From assembly GCF_009914755.1 (NCBI RefSeq), contig NC_060925.1: DNA of 64,000 nucleotides; one strand, given 5' to 3'. The notes beneath the pieces were generated by a model that worked only from the letters and a program-made list of their open reading frames with translations, made no database searches and was not told where the DNA came from. Made by a program: the position numbers and the translations under genes. Origin of the DNA: the human T2T-CHM13v2.0 reference genome, Homo sapiens. This document shows positions 12,671 through 31,444 of this stretch, in pieces. How positions within the stretch are numbered: position 1 is the stretch's first letter; the number at the start of each line of letters is the position of its first letter.

Positions 12671-13153
12671 CTGAAGAGAAGAACAAAAGAACAGATGCTA
12701 GATTCAAAACAGGGACATATTGAGAGCAAGAGTGATTAGTTCTTAGTTCCCAGAAAGTTTCCTTCTCAATTGCTAACAAGAGTCTATCCCCTGACTCACG
12801 GGTCGCAAACGCCAAAAGAAGGAGAAACGAGAAGGTCTGACTTGGTAGTGGAGAATCCAAAGAACTCAGGTAGCATCTGTTTCCATAGCATCTGGCACAT
12901 TGTTCAATAAATGCTTGTTGAGTCTGCACTGGTAGAGAAACCCCTTTCTGGGGAGATCAGACACCTGATATACGACCCAGTAGATTTCAATGTGGTGCAG
13001 AGTCACACATCCTGCAAAGATTCCACCAATTGCTCAAACAATAATAGCGCGCCTTTTATTGGAGCACATGCTATGTGTCTGGCGCAGTTCCAAGTGCTTT
13101 ACATGCATCATTTTCTTTAATCCTGACAAAAACACTGTTAAGAAGTACTACTT

Positions 13154-13939
<786 letters not shown>

Positions 13940-14189
13940 TTATGCCCTTCTCTGAACTACAATACTACTTTGTTATGCCTCTCTTATAGCATATATCAAA
14001 GGTTCCCATGTAACATACAGCTAAGTTTGTGTATGTTGGTCTTCCCCACTTGATTGTGAGTTTTCTGGGCAGGAACTAGGCCCTGTTCATACTGTGTGTG
14101 TATTTCTCCACTTTTATCTGCAGAGGTGGTACAGAAAAATCATGAAGAGTACAGGCTTTGGGATCAGATAGTCCTGGGTTTGCATAGTA

Positions 14190-14620
14190 AACTGATTGCA
14201 TTAATGGCCCCAGTACCTGTATCTGTGCCCTTTGCTGTGTAACTTGGCAGAGTCCTCTCATTCTGGACTCAGCCTTGTGAATGCTTTTGTCAATGGACTA
14301 TCTGCAAACATAAGACATAGGAAGAGGCTTGAAAAATGCTTTTGCATTGGGCCTGCTCTCTTGCTCCTCCAGTATTGCCAGGACAAACATGCTGGATGGA
14401 AGATGAGACACATAGAGCCAGATTGCCCTAGTTATCCCAACTGAGGCCGCCAGGTTGGCCAACAGTCTGTTGAACCCCAGGCACGTGAATAAGCCAAGAC
14501 AAGATCAACCAAATCCAGCCAAGATCAATTGAACCCCACATTTGTGAGAAAAATAAATGTTTATTTTTGCACACCACTGAAGTTTTGTGATTGCCCGTAA
14601 GGTCACATTATTGTGACTGA
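14190..14620. repeat. Old MLT1-type LTR fragment
   Basis: ccctttgctgtgtaacttggcag...aataaatgtttatt...ccactgaagttttg resembles MLT1 LTRs. Confidence 0.5.
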
Positions 14621-15930
14621 ATCTTGACTCCATTGCTCACTATAGATATGGCCATAGACAAGTCATTTAACATCTCTGAGCCTCAGTTTTTGAATTTATA
14701 AAATGGAAATTATAATAGTTTCTATCTCGTATGGTCAATATTAAGACTGGATTATATATTTTGAGGTAAAGTACCTGATGTTTAATAAGTACTCACTAAA
14801 AATTATTATTCATTCATGTATTCAAACTGCACTTTATTGATGGCCTATGTATGCCAAGCACAGTGCTAAGCCTCAGGAATACTGAAGGGAATAATAAAGA
14901 CACCTTGACCCAACTGCAGCCCTGGTTCTGTTATCTGACTCTTGAAGACCTCGATTCCAGCTTGCTAATCTAATGAATAACAACTTTCTGCTCTCTGTGC
15001 CATTCATTTATTCATCATTATTGAGGACCTACTGTATACCAAGCACTGGGGATATAAGAATAAAGAAATAATTAGTATCTTCAAAGAGTTCACAGTGTAA
15101 CAAGTGAAAACTGTAGGAAGTGAATAATTGTGATATAGGGCAAGGAGTGTTCTAATAGAAGCATATGCTATAGGAGGAAAAAAGGAAGAGGAAGAAGGAA
15201 GACAAAGGGGGAAAGAGCTTAACTGTCTAGCTGGGATGGGGAATTCATAGAGGAATGTCTATGAATCCCTCGAGCTGGGTTTCAAAAATTGACTGCGGTT
15301 TTCCCAATAGACCAGGATTAGGTGGGTGCTGATGAGGACAATCTACTTAAACAACCCAGAGGAGGGGGAACAGGAGGAGATGAGGTTGGAAAGGCAGGTG
15401 GTACCTTGTATGTCACTGCAAAGATTTTGAACATCACCATGAAAATGACTGAAAGCCATTGAAGGATTTTAAGCTTCAAAGTGACACCCATAAATCTATG
15501 CTGAGCTTTTGGGGAATGTATTTCACTAAAGACTTAGAGGAGAAATAATATCTTATACTCTTTTAACCCTAACAATGCCTCGGCATACAGTTGACATAAT
15601 TAGTAAATAATATTAAATGGTTGGTGATTGGGCCCATTTGGGTGCAAATAGATACTCAAATGAGAGGATTTTTTGTTTGGTTTGTACAACCTTTGAAGAA
15701 TTACCCTCATATTCTCAGATCTGAGGAGAGAATGGGATTTTCCACCATGCCATAGTGTCAGTCAGATGGAGGAAAGATTAAGGATTTTGAAGTCTGGGCC
15801 TTGGTCTGGGGAAAGCATAGATTTCAACTTTTTGAACTGGCTCCAAATCTTAAATGGGTGACTGCTTTGCTATCATAATTCTCCCGCTTCTTTACTAAAA
15901 TATACTTCAAAATTAATGCTCCACACTCAC

Positions 15931-16120
15931 ACTTTCTCAGTACGGCCCCAATACTGATACAATGGTCCAGAATCTGCAACACCTTTCATAACTTTCTTTG
16001 GAAGCTCTTTAAAAAAGTACGCTGGTAGGTTGCTCCCATTGTAGGTGACAGAGTCGCAGGTCACAATTCCTGGGTAGTACATCATCATCCTGGCAGCTAA
16101 GTTGACTTTTTGACCAATGA
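15931..16120 (-). CDS. ADCY10: ADCY10 exon 12 (190 nt), end of catalytic domain C2
   Basis: IGQKVNLAARMMMYYPG...YWGRTEK with the class III cyclase NxxxR motif (N412, R416); AG/GT boundaries. Confidence 0.97.
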
Positions 16121-17599
16121 CTATAGCAAGAAAGAGAAAGTCAAAGATCAGGGAAATAACAGGCATTGAACTGAATGTAATCTGAAACATTGTCCCCAAA
16201 TAGCATTTTTACCCTTTACTCCCTTTGCTGTTCATGAGTGACACAGAAGCCTAGTCTCAAGACCCATATTCAGCCAATGGCTATTCACAAAATGTGCAGG
16301 GAGTTAGTTAGCCATTAGCAAAGTTTCTGCCTCACTTGGGAGGTCAAGAGAATGACCTGCTCAGGGATGGAAGGGGCTTGAGTATGGAGCAGGCTCTGTA
16401 AGTGGGATGGCCACAGCACTGAAGGCTCTCAGAGAAGGTGTCAGTTGGTCTTCTGCCACAAGGTGGACAAGCACATGCTTGGGCCTGGGGTACTGATCTC
16501 CATATGAGACATAAAATTGTGTCTGCATGCTCCTATGAATAAACCTTCATTTGGCGATTTCTCGATTTAGTAAATGGGCTAGAAGAGGCGTGCATGGAGG
16601 ATTGAAGCACAGGCTCTGAAGGCAGACTGTGCAGGGTTGAACACCAGCTCTACCCCTAACTATGTGCAAACTACTTGGGACAATTACTTTAAATAACTCC
16701 TCATGCCTCCATTCTCTAACCTATAAAATAGGGATGATAATAGTAACTCTCTGAGAGGGTGGTTTATGAAGATTAATTAGTTAATACACGTTTATCACTT
16801 TCAACAGCAGCTGGCTGCTTGTAAGCCTTCAATTAATATTACTACAAATGAGGTAGCAAATGTGTCACTTTAACATAAACTTGAATACTTCTGAACAAGG
16901 TACTCTTTTTGAAAACTATTTATTGTGGAGAAATTTGACCATAAAATAAAATATAATGAATTTCCATATACCCATCACCCCATCCCAACAAGCCATTAGC
17001 CCATGGCTAATCCTGCCCCATCCTCACCCCCATACACTCCCCACCCTGTGTACTTTCGAAGAACATCTCAGACATTGTATCATTTCAGACATAACTATCG
17101 TGGTATTTTACATATATTCAGTATTTTAGATGCATTATTGCTGAAAATCTTAAACCCTGATAGGATGGAAAAGGGAAGTAATAGAGTTGTGAAATCTGGA
17201 GATAAGATTTACTTATTACTACTCTCTTTTGAGAGTGTCATTATTTTTCAGTAATATCAACATTCATAATTTTTAAGGAGTTCTAGCTTATTCCAGGAAT
17301 TAAGAGAAGTAACTATTTAATGTTAACAGGAAAGTATTACAGGAGCCCCTCATTCCATCAACATATAGCCTCCCACTGCTCCCCTCTCATGACTACATAT
17401 TTCTCTACTCATACATAGCCCCAGAAATGCACACTCTGCAAGCATTGAGGGCTCCATGGCTTGGCTCCATCTGGAAGACTCTAAAGTTTCTGAGGGCAGG
17501 GCTCATGTCTCACTCATTTTTGTGCTTCCTCCCGCAAAGCCCAGTGGCAAGGTGCTGTGTTTGCAGAAAGAAAGCTGGAGATGAGCTGACCCAGCACAC

Positions 17600-17676
17600 C
17601 TGTGTACTCGTGTCTCACAGTGTGTCCAACGATCCCACAGAAGACAATCCCACTGGCAACGCCGATGGATACAGTT
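17600..17676 (-). CDS. ADCY10: ADCY10 exon 11 (77 nt)
   Basis: TVSIGVASGIVFCGIVGHTVRHEYT; cag| acceptor and |gtgtgc donor. Confidence 0.96.
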
Positions 17677-17975
17677 CTGGTGCAGGGGAGACAAGATTTG
17701 TGGGGAAAGAAATAAAGATAATGAGCGTAGAGAAAGTGGGAAGGGTGGGAAATAATGTCTGGGTTGGGAAAGGGTGGGAAAGGATTTTCTCTACCCGTTG
17801 GAATTAGTTTATGGCATTTCTACATGGCCCGGAGATGCGAAGGAGGAACAACAGTTTGAGACACAGGACTAAGTTCTTAATTAATTCTTCTTTCTTTCCT
17901 GTTCCCTGCATGCCCTCCCTACTTATGCCTCAAAAGGGTCAGGGACCGCTGGGTGGGACCAGGGTCAATACTCAC

Positions 17976-18094
17976 TGGATTTTGTGGACTTGAGAGCAGA
18001 AGTCAAATATATCCATAGCACATTCCAGAGCATGAGTGAGCTCGTCAGGTACCTTTTCCCCAGGGAAGCCAAAGACACAGAGGAAAGAGCAGCC
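17976..18094 (-). CDS. ADCY10: ADCY10 exon 10 (119 nt)
   Basis: GCSFLCVFGFPGEKVPDELTHALECAMDIFDFCSQVHKI; cag| acceptor and |gtgagt donor. Confidence 0.96.
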
Positions 18095-19639
18095 CTGTGA
18101 GGGAGAGAGACAGCAACCACAGCTGATGGACAGTGTGCTTTAAACTGGACTGGCCAGAAGGCTCAACAGAGAGCCGGCGGCAATTTTTGGCTTCTGAATC
18201 AGATTTTATCATGATTTCTCTCACAGTATTTTATTTTTAGTACACTTCAAACACTTCTACTGCATCATCAACAGGAGGGCTTGAGCCTTGAGAAGGGCTT
18301 GTTTTGCTCCAGATATAGTGAATAGGGCTGAGCTATCTGTGTGCATGCTTCGGCCTACTCTCTCCTGTGGCCAAGGTCCATGCTGCAAAGTGCTCAGTTT
18401 AAGTCTATGAAGCAGCAGCACAGAGCAGTGGAAAAGGCACCAGCTCTGGAATCAGAAAGTCTCTGTCCTCAAGCCACTTCTCAAGTGTGGAAACTTAGAT
18501 AAGTCTATTACAATCTAGGAACTTCCGTTTATCTCTCTGAAAATGGATATACTGTAGACCTGCTGAGATGTTTTTGGCTACTAAAAGAATTAATGTGTTA
18601 TATATATTCAAAAAGTCATCCTAAACTATAAAGTACTTTGCAGATACTGTTATTCTTAGGGATAAAGGCTTAGGCTGTAAGTAGGTTTTCTTATCATAAA
18701 GCTAACTGTTCCATGCAATGATTCAACTCTAAAACTTGGCATTTGTAGTATTAGTCACTTAAAAAATGACCTCAGTCAGGTGCTGTTGTCTGTAAGAAAA
18801 GGGCATTGTGAATAAAGGGTGATGGGTTGAAATTTTGAGTTTTTGACATGTTACATCCTGATAAAATGCAAAGAACACTAAAATACCTCAATTTCTTCAA
18901 CCCTCTCCAAAAGAATTTGATCAACTGTTAGATCTTAAAAAGGACTGGGATCTGCCTTGACATGAAGGGGGAAACACTGCTTCTAGGTACGTGCAAAGAG
19001 GGCAACCCCTTTGGGGGAAGCAGGGAGCTTTTGCCTGCAAATTTATGTAGCGGCCTGGCAAGAGCTTTTGATTCCCCCTAGCAATGGAATGACAGCTCTC
19101 ATTTATTGCACACTGACTCTAAGATAGGCATTACACCAAGTGCCTCACACATATTACATTATTTAAAACTTTCCACAATCATTTGAGACAAATACTATCC
19201 CCATTCAAAGAGGAATAAACCAAGGCTCAGAGAAGTTCAATGACTTGCTAAGTCTCACAGCTGGGAATCTTTGGAGCCATGTCTGCAAGACACGAAAGAC
19301 TGTTCTCTTAGATTCTACACTCTTTTCTTATGATACCCATGGGTCAGTATTGAAGAAGGTACTGGAGACACCAGGCTGGAAGTAATCCCTTTCCAGAACT
19401 CCCATAGCACAGAGTTAGTTCGTCTCATATAGAATGCATGCTTCCTGCCTGGTTGTGTCAATATATGTGTTACTCATCTCTGCTGCCCAGCCCTAGCTTT
19501 TCGTCTTCTATGAAATGCTCAGTAAATGCTTGTTGAATTAGTGAGTGAGTGGATGTGGGGCAGTAATTAAGTGCTCTGCTTTTAATACACAAAAGGAATT
19601 GAGATGGGAAATCAATTCTCACATATGCATCTGTGGTCA

Positions 19640-19989
<350 letters not shown>

Positions 19990-20229
19990 GAACAGAGCGA
20001 AAACACCTGGGAGCCAGAGGCAGTCCCCTCCCTGCCATGGATGAAAATAAAAGGGGAACTGGAGGTGTTGACATGGCAAGTGGGCTTTCTTGGAAACAAG
20101 CTTCTGGGGTAAGATGGTTACTAAAGACTCCTGACCTGAAACCCCTGGGTAATACATCATGCACTGAGCTGGAGACTTATGTGTAGTGAGAGGTAGCCCA
20201 GCGTAGTGAGAGGTAGCCCAGCATAGTGA

Positions 20230-20470
20230 GCTCAGACGGGGATGGCAGACTGCCTGGGTTTGAATCCCAGCCTCCCCCTTACTAGCTTGATGATCATAAG
20301 CAAAACGTAATCTCGCCTTGTCCTGGTATCCTAATCTGTGTTTCAGCATCCTCATCTATATAATGAGGATAATGACAAGAGCAACCTACTGCTCAGAGTG
20401 GTCATGAGGATGAAATGAGTCAATAGAGATCAGGTCCTGAGAACAGTGCCTGGCACATAGTAAGTGCCAT
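20230..20470 (+). repeat. MIR
   Basis: cagactgcctgggtttgaatcccagc...catctatataatgaggataat...cagtgcctggcacatagtaagtgc MIR core. Confidence 0.7.
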
Positions 20471-20525
20471 ATCCACCATAGAAGTTATAATTATAAACAA
20501 AGACTGGCCTTCTAGGTTAAATTTC

Positions 20526-20822
<297 letters not shown>

Positions 20823-20921
20823 TCTAGGTTAAATTTCCTGTGTCTATTCTCACCAATGTGCTTGTCCATGAATGCTAACCTAAAACTATTGGTAGGTTCC
20901 CATCCCATAGTTCACACTTAC

Positions 20922-21113
20922 CTTGTCAAACATGAAGACTTTATTGATTTGGCCTTGGAAGATCTTCAGGACAGAAGTGATGTGCATATAGGCATCCTGG
21001 ATGGCTGGGCCTATCTCTTCTGCTTTGTCTTGGTCTTCAAACATCAGGTTCACAAACACAATCGTCACTGGGCGAAGCTCAGATAAATAGCCCTGAAGCT
21101 GTTTGTTATCAAT
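20922..21113 (-). CDS. ADCY10: ADCY10 exon 9 (192 nt), start of C2
   Basis: IDNKQLQGYLSELRPVTIVFVNL...QINKVFMFDK including K334; cag| acceptor and |gtaagt donor. Confidence 0.97.
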
Positions 21114-21630
21114 CTGCAAAGTAGAGAGCAGCTTTCTGTAGGTGTCCTTGGCAGTGGATCCCTCCCCCAACACCGCCCCCACCTCATACCCGAAATCATC
21201 TAGGGAATGTCTACCTCAGAATGGGTGAGGTACAACATGACAGAGCCAGCATGCCTGAAGTGGAGCAGATGGAAATATAATCAAAATCCCTCTCTTCCAG
21301 TGGGGACTTATGCATGTGCTAATTTTTGGCCAGCAACCACTCCATTACCCCAACTGCTGGCTTCCTCATGCCAATATGAGCCATTGCAATAAGGGAAATA
21401 ACTACTGTTCTTTTTGGCTCTCCTATTTTTAAAAAAATTTAAAATTTTTTAATTTTTGTAGGTCTATAGTAGATGTATATATTTTTGTGTTACATGAGAT
21501 ATTTTGATACAGGCATGCAATGCGTAATAATCACATCAGGGTAAATGGATTATTCATCCCCTCAAGCATTTATCCTTTGTGTTACAAACAATCCAATTAT
21601 ACTCTTTTAGTTATTTTTAAAATGTATGGT

Positions 21631-21998
21631 TGTATTAGTCCGTTCTCCCACTGTTATAAAGAACTACCTGATACTGGGTAATTTACAAGGAAAAGAGGTT
21701 TAATTGACTCACAGTTCCATGGGCTGTACAGGAAGCATGGCTGGGGAGGACTCAAACTTATAATATGGCAGAAGACGAAGGAGAAGCAGGCACTTCTTAT
21801 ATGGCCAGAGGAGAGCAGGGGGAGTGCTACACACTTTTAAACAATCAGATCCCATGAGAACTCATTCACTATCACGAGAACAGCAAGGGTATAATCCACC
21901 CCTATGATCCAATCACCTCCTACCAGTCCCCTCCACCAACATTGGGGATTATAATTCAACATGAGATTTGGGAGGGGATACAAATCCAAACCATATCA
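21631..21998 (-). mobile_element. MSTA-type MaLR solo LTR
   Basis: tgtattagtccgttctc...ccaaaccatatca with 5-bp TSD atggt/atgat. Confidence 0.85.
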
Positions 21999-22087
21999 AT
22001 GATTAAATTATTTTTTACTATAGTTACCCTGTTGTACTAGCAAATACTAGGTCTTTCTCATTCTTTCTCTTTTTTTGTACTCATTGA

Positions 22088-22480
<393 letters not shown>

Positions 22481-23109
22481 CAATAGTTTTAATTTTTAGC
22501 TCCCACAAATAAGTGAGAACATGTGGTTTCTCTTTCTATACCTGGTTTATTTCACTTAATATAATGACCTCCACTTCCATCCACGTTGTTGCAAATGACA
22601 GATCTCATTCTTTTTTATGGCTGAATAGTACTTCGTTGTGTATATGTACCACATTTTCTTTATCCATTTCTCTGTTGATGGACACTTAAGCTGCTTCCAA
22701 GTCTTGACTACTGTGAATAGCACTGCAGTAAACATGGGAGTGTAGGTATCTCTTCAATATATTGATTTCTTTTCTTTTGAGTATGTATCTAGGAGTAGAA
22801 TTTCTAGATTGTATGGTAGCTCTATTTTTAGCTTTTTGAGGAACTTTCAAACTGTTCTCCAAGGTGGCTGTGCTAATTTACTTTCTCATTAACAGTGTAC
22901 AAGGATTCCCTTTTTTCCACATCCTGTTCAGCGTTTGTTATTGCCTGTCTTTTGGATAAAAGTCATTTTAACTGGGGTAAGATGATAATCTTATTGTAGT
23001 TTTGATTTTCATTTATCTGATGATTGGTGATGTTGTGCACCTTTTCACATATTTTTCACATACTTGTTTGCCATTTGTATGTCTTCCTTTGAGAAATGTC
23101 TATTTCGAT

Positions 23110-23399
23110 CTTTTTTTTTTGAGACGGAGTCTCACTCTGTCACCTGGGCTGGAGTGCAGTGGCACATCTCATCTCACTGCAACCTCCGCCTCCTGGGTTC
23201 AAGTGATTCTGTTGCCTCAGCCCCTGAGTAGCTGGGATTACAGGCGCCCACCACTACGCCCAGCTAATTTTTTGTATTTTTAGTAGAGACGGGGTTTCAC
23301 CATGTTGGCCAGGCTGGTCTTGAACTCCTGATCTCGTGACTTGCCCACCTCGGCCTCCCAAAGTGCTGGGATTACAGCTGTGAGCCACTGCGCCTGGCC
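23110..23399 (-). mobile_element. Alu (S family)
   Basis: Reverse Alu consensus. Confidence 0.93.
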
Positions 23400-23474
23400 T
23401 TATTCAGACCTTTTACCCATTTTTTAATCAGATTATTAGATTTTTTTCTATAGAGCTGTTACAGCTTCTTATAT

Positions 23475-25212
<1,738 letters not shown>

Positions 25213-26080
25213 GATTAAAAAAACTCATCAATGAAACTAATTTTTTATCTGATAAAATAATTCTAAAAAAAAAAAACACTTGATGTTATCCCATCTGTCC
25301 ATTTTTGCTTTGGTTGCCTGTGCTTGTGGGGTATTACTCAAGAAATCTTTGCCCACTCCAATGTCCTTGAGAGTCTCCCCAATGTTTTCTTGTAGTAGTT
25401 TCATGGTTTGATGTCTCAAAGTCCATTTTGACTTGATTTTTGTATATAGCAAGAGATAGGAGTCTAGTTTCATTCATCTGCATATGGATATCCAGTTTTC
25501 CCAGCACAATTTATTGAAGGGATTGTCTTTTCCTTTATATTCTTGGCTCTTTTGTCAAAAATTAGTTCACTGTAGATGTATGAATTTATTTCTTGTTTCT
25601 CTATTCTGTTCCACTGGTCTATGTGTCTGTTTTCATGCCAGTACTATGCTATTTGGGTTGCTATAGCTGTGGTATAATTTGAAGTCAGATAATATGATTC
25701 CTCCTGATTTATTCTTTTTGCTTCAGATAGCTTTGGCTACTCTGGGTCTTTTGTGGTTCCATGTAAATTTTAGAATTTTTTTTTTCTATTTCTGTGAAGA
25801 ATGTCATTGGTATTTTGTTAGGTATTGCATTGAATCTGTAGATTGCTTTGGGTAGTATGAACATTCTTCCAATCTATAAGCATGGAATATCTTTCATTTT
25901 TTTTTTGTGGCCTCTTCAACTTCTTGTGTCAACATTTTATAGTTTTCACGGTAGAGATCTTTCACTTCTTTGGTTAATTACTAGGTACTTTATTTTATTT
26001 TTAGCTATTGTTAACAGGATTACTTTCTTGATTTCTTTTTCAGATTGTTCCCTGTTAGCATATAGAAATGCTGATTTTTG

Positions 26081-26410
26081 GGCCGGGCGCGGTGGCTCAC
26101 GCCTGTAATCCCAGCACTTTGGGAGGCCGAGGCGGGCGGATCACGAGGTCAGGAGATCGAGACCATCCTGGCTAACACGGTGAAACCTCGTCTCTATTAA
26201 AAACACAAAAAATTAGCGGGGCGTGGTGGCGGGCGCCTGTGGTCCCAGCTACTCAGGAGGCTGAGGCAGGAGAATAGAGTGAACCCGGGAGGCGGAGCGT
26301 GCAGTGAGCCGAAGCGTGCAGTGAGCCGAGACAGCGCAACTGCAGTCCAGCCTGGGCGAAAGAGGGAGACTCCGTCTCAAAAAAAAAAAAAAAAAAAAAA
26401 AGAAAGAAAA
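26081..26410 (+). mobile_element. AluY with internal 17-nt duplication
   Basis: CpG-rich AluY consensus with TSD agaaatgctgattttt. Confidence 0.95.
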
Positions 26411-28468
26411 AGAAATGCTGATTTTTGTATGATGATTTTGTATACTGTGACCTTGTTGAATTTGTGTATCAGTTCTAATGGTTTTTTGGTGGAGTCTTTA
26501 GGTTTTTCCAAATATAATAAGATCATCTGAAAACAAGGATAATTTGACTTCTTCCTTTCCAATTTGTATGCCATTTCTTTCTTTCTCTTGTCTGATTACA
26601 TAGGACTTCCAGTATTATGTTGAAAAACAGTGGTAAAGTGGGCATCCTTGTGTTCTAGATCTTAGAGGAAGGGCTTTTAGTTTCTCCCTATTCATTATGA
26701 TACTAGTGGTCGGTCTATTCTATATGGCTTTTCTTATGTTGAGGTATGTTCCTTCTATACACAGTTTTTTGGGAATTTTTATCATGAAGGGATGTTGAAT
26801 TTTATCAACTGCTTTTTCAGCATCAACTGAAATGATAATATGGTTTTTGTCCTTCATTCTGTAGATAAGACATATCACAGTGTTTGATTTGCATATGTCC
26901 AACCACCCTTGCATCCCTGGGATAAATCCCACTTGATCATGATGGATGATCTTTTTAATATGTTGTTGAACCCAGTTTGCTAGTATTTTGCTGAGGATTT
27001 TTACATCAATATTCATCAGAGATACTGGCCTGTAGCTTTCTTTTTTTGATGTACTTTTGTCTGGTTTTGGTATCAGGGTAATACTGGCCTTGTAGAATGA
27101 GTTTGGAAGTATTCCCTCCTCTTCTATGTTTCAGAGTAGTTTGAGTATGGTTGGTATTAGTTCTTCAAGTCTTTGGTAGAATTCAGCAGTGAATACTTCG
27201 GGTCCCAGATCTTGTTACTTGTTATTTATCTGTTCAGGTTTTAGATTTCTTCAGGGTCCAATATTGGTAGGATGTATGTGTATAGGAGTTTATACATTTC
27301 TTCTAGATTTTCCAATTTATTGGCATATAATTGCTCATAGTAGCCACCAATGATCCTTTGAATTTCTGTGTTATCAGTTGTAATGTCTCCTCTTTCATTT
27401 CTGATTTTATTTATTTGGGTCTTTTCTCTTCTGTTCTTAGTTAGCATGGCTGAAAGTTTCTAAATTCTTTCTCTGTGTTATCTTGAATTTCTTTGAGTTT
27501 CCTCAAACAGCTTTTTTGAATTACCTGTCTGAAAGGTCACATATCTCTGTCTCTCCACCCTGGTGCCTTATTTAGTTCCTTTGGTGAGGTCATGTTTTCC
27601 TGGATGGTCTTGATACTTGTGGAAGTTCGTCAGTGTCTGGACATTGAAGAGTTAGGTATTTATTGTAGTCTTTGACATTTAGGACTGTTTGTACCTGCCC
27701 TCCTTGGGAAGGCTTTCCATATATTCAAAAAAACTTGGGTGTTGTGATCTAAGCCATATCTATATTACAGAGCACCGCAAGTGCAGTAATGCTATGGTTC
27801 TTGCAGACTTATAGAGGTACCACCTTTGTGGTCTTAAATAAGATCCAGAAGAATTCTCTGGATTACCAAGCAGAGACTTTTGTTCTCTTCCCTTACTTTC
27901 TCCCAAACAAATGGAGTCTCTATTTCTCTGTGCTGAGCTGCTTGGAGCTGGGGGTGGGGTCACACAAGCACCCTTGTGGCTACCATCACTGAGACTGCAC
28001 TGGGTCAGACCTGAAGCTAGCACAGCACTGGATATTGCCCAAGGCCCACTGTGACTACTACCAGGCTACCACCTATTTTTGTTCAAGGCTCTAGCACTCT
28101 ACAATCAGCGGGTGGCAAAGCCAGCCAGGTTTGTGTCTTTCCCTTCAGGGTGATGAGTTCCTCCAGGCCCCAGGCAGGTCCACAGATGCCATCTGGGAGT
28201 TTGGCTCTCTTATTTTTATAGTTAGGGATAAGAATAGCATGCTATGTAATTCAAACTTCCATTTTCATTAGGTATCTTCTGGAATGTTTTCACATTCTGT
28301 CCTACTCTACGTTCAAACAAAATGAAATCAGTATTATTATCCCCATTTTACCGATTAGATAACTGATGTATGGAGAAGTAACACAGCTTTCCCAAGGTCA
28401 CATAAGGACACAATAAACTAGAATCCAAATCTCCAGACTCCTCATCCAACATTTATTTATTTAGTTAG

Positions 28469-29769
<1,301 letters not shown>

Positions 29770-30935
29770 TTGATTTTTCAAATAAAATCATTCACAAATA
29801 AATAAAAAACTTCTGTCAGACTATGTATTCTGAGTTTTGGCTTGGAAAAGAGGACTACGGTATCTTTAAGGACTTCTCTTCTTTGGGTTCAGGGTCTGGT
29901 TTTGGTAAAGTTGTAAAAGGTTGTCTTTGGTCTTATTTTCAACCCTCTTAGCTGTACCTCTTCACCAGGTAAACATTTTTCCTACCTGGAATTTTCCCAG
30001 TGACTCACAGAGTCCATCTTATATTCCATTGCTAAAGACCTTGTTTTCAACTGGTTGCAATTAAAGAAGCATAATGTATTATATCTCTTGAGAATGGCTG
30101 CGGGAGAATGGGGTGACTTTTTTAAGCTTCAAAAGCCATGAAGAGTCAAGCAATGCAGGCACTAGGGGTAATGTTTTTACAATGGGCTGAAGGTGGCAGG
30201 GTGCATTCTGATACCTCTCCAATTCACTCTATGAAGGCAGCTACCCACTGGACAGGCCTTTGTTACAAAGATTTCCTCCAGGACACAACAGCATTTTGAT
30301 GGGACTAAGTATTAAAGCAGGCATATATTAGGAGGGTGGATAGCCTGTGCAAAAATTGTAGAAGTCAGATAGACCAGGGTCCAAATCCTAGCTATATCTT
30401 TTACTTGACAACCTCAGGAAAGGCTGTAGTGTTCTCTGGGTCTCAGTTTTCTCATGCATATAAAATGAGGATAAAAATATCTACCAAGGACTGTAAAGAA
30501 TAAATACATGAACTAGCAGAGTGACTGGCATATGGTGAGTGATAAGAGATAGTTATAATTCACATGGAATAATAAATTTGAGAGAACCAAGATTAAGAGA
30601 ATAAAAAGAGAAAATATTGGAGGGTGGAGGTAGCTCAGAGTATTCTAATTACCTGCATTGTTAAATCTCAAAACTTAAGAGCTAATGCAAATGACTTGGA
30701 GAAATAGTGTACCAATGTTCATCCACTTGAAGTCTTTCTGCTATGTGGCATATAGAAAGGGTGCCCGCATGTTCTTATATGCTTGCAACAGCTCCCATTT
30801 GCGCAATTATATAAGGCAACGCAGTCCTATTTTATGCCTGTTGTCATATTATAATTATGAATAATGATCTCTTTGAAAGTATTGAGATTTGAACAATGAA
30901 TTTCACAGTCACCTACATATAGAGAATGTCTTTTT

Positions 30936-31221
30936 AGGCTCAGTGTGGTGGCTCATGCCCATAATCCCAGCACTGTGGGAGGGTGAGGCGGGCAGATTTC
31001 TTGAGGTCAGGAATTTGAGATCAGTCAGGCCAACATGGTGAAGCTCCATCTCTACTAAAAATACAAAAAGTTAGCTGGGTGTGGTGGCGCATGTGGGAGG
31101 CTGAGGCAGGAGAATTGCTTGAACCCGGGAGGCGGAGGTTGCAGTGAGCCAAGATCATGCTGCTGCACTTCAGCCTGGGTGACAGAGTGAGACTCTGTCT
31201 CAAAAAAAAAAAAAAAAAAAA
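30936..31221 (+). mobile_element. Alu with small internal deletion
   Basis: The right arm lacks cctgtaatcccagctact. Confidence 0.9.
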
Positions 31222-31355
31222 AGGAAGTCTTTTTATTTTAATGGAACATTTTACTATTTACTAGTAGCTGCTGTTTTTTTTTTCTTAAATCTTAAAATTC
31301 CAGCTGTCCAGATCCCTGACATCCCCAAAGCCAGTAAATTCAATTTTGAAAATAC

Positions 31356-31444
31356 CTGCTTCAAAATGCTTTCCATCACATACTTTTGTAGGGACATCTC
31401 CAGTTCAGGATCAGGCTTCAGCGTGCATGCAAGCCTCAGGAGGT
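31356..31444 (-). CDS. ADCY10: ADCY10 exon 8 (89 nt)
   Basis: LLRLACTLKPDPELEMSLQKYVMESILKQ; tag| acceptor and |gtattt donor; phase consistent. Confidence 0.95.

Noticed and set aside
17427-17993. Plus-strand ORFs overlapping ADCY10 exons 10-11
   Set aside because: Antisense shadows of coding exons with no recognisable domain or splice support
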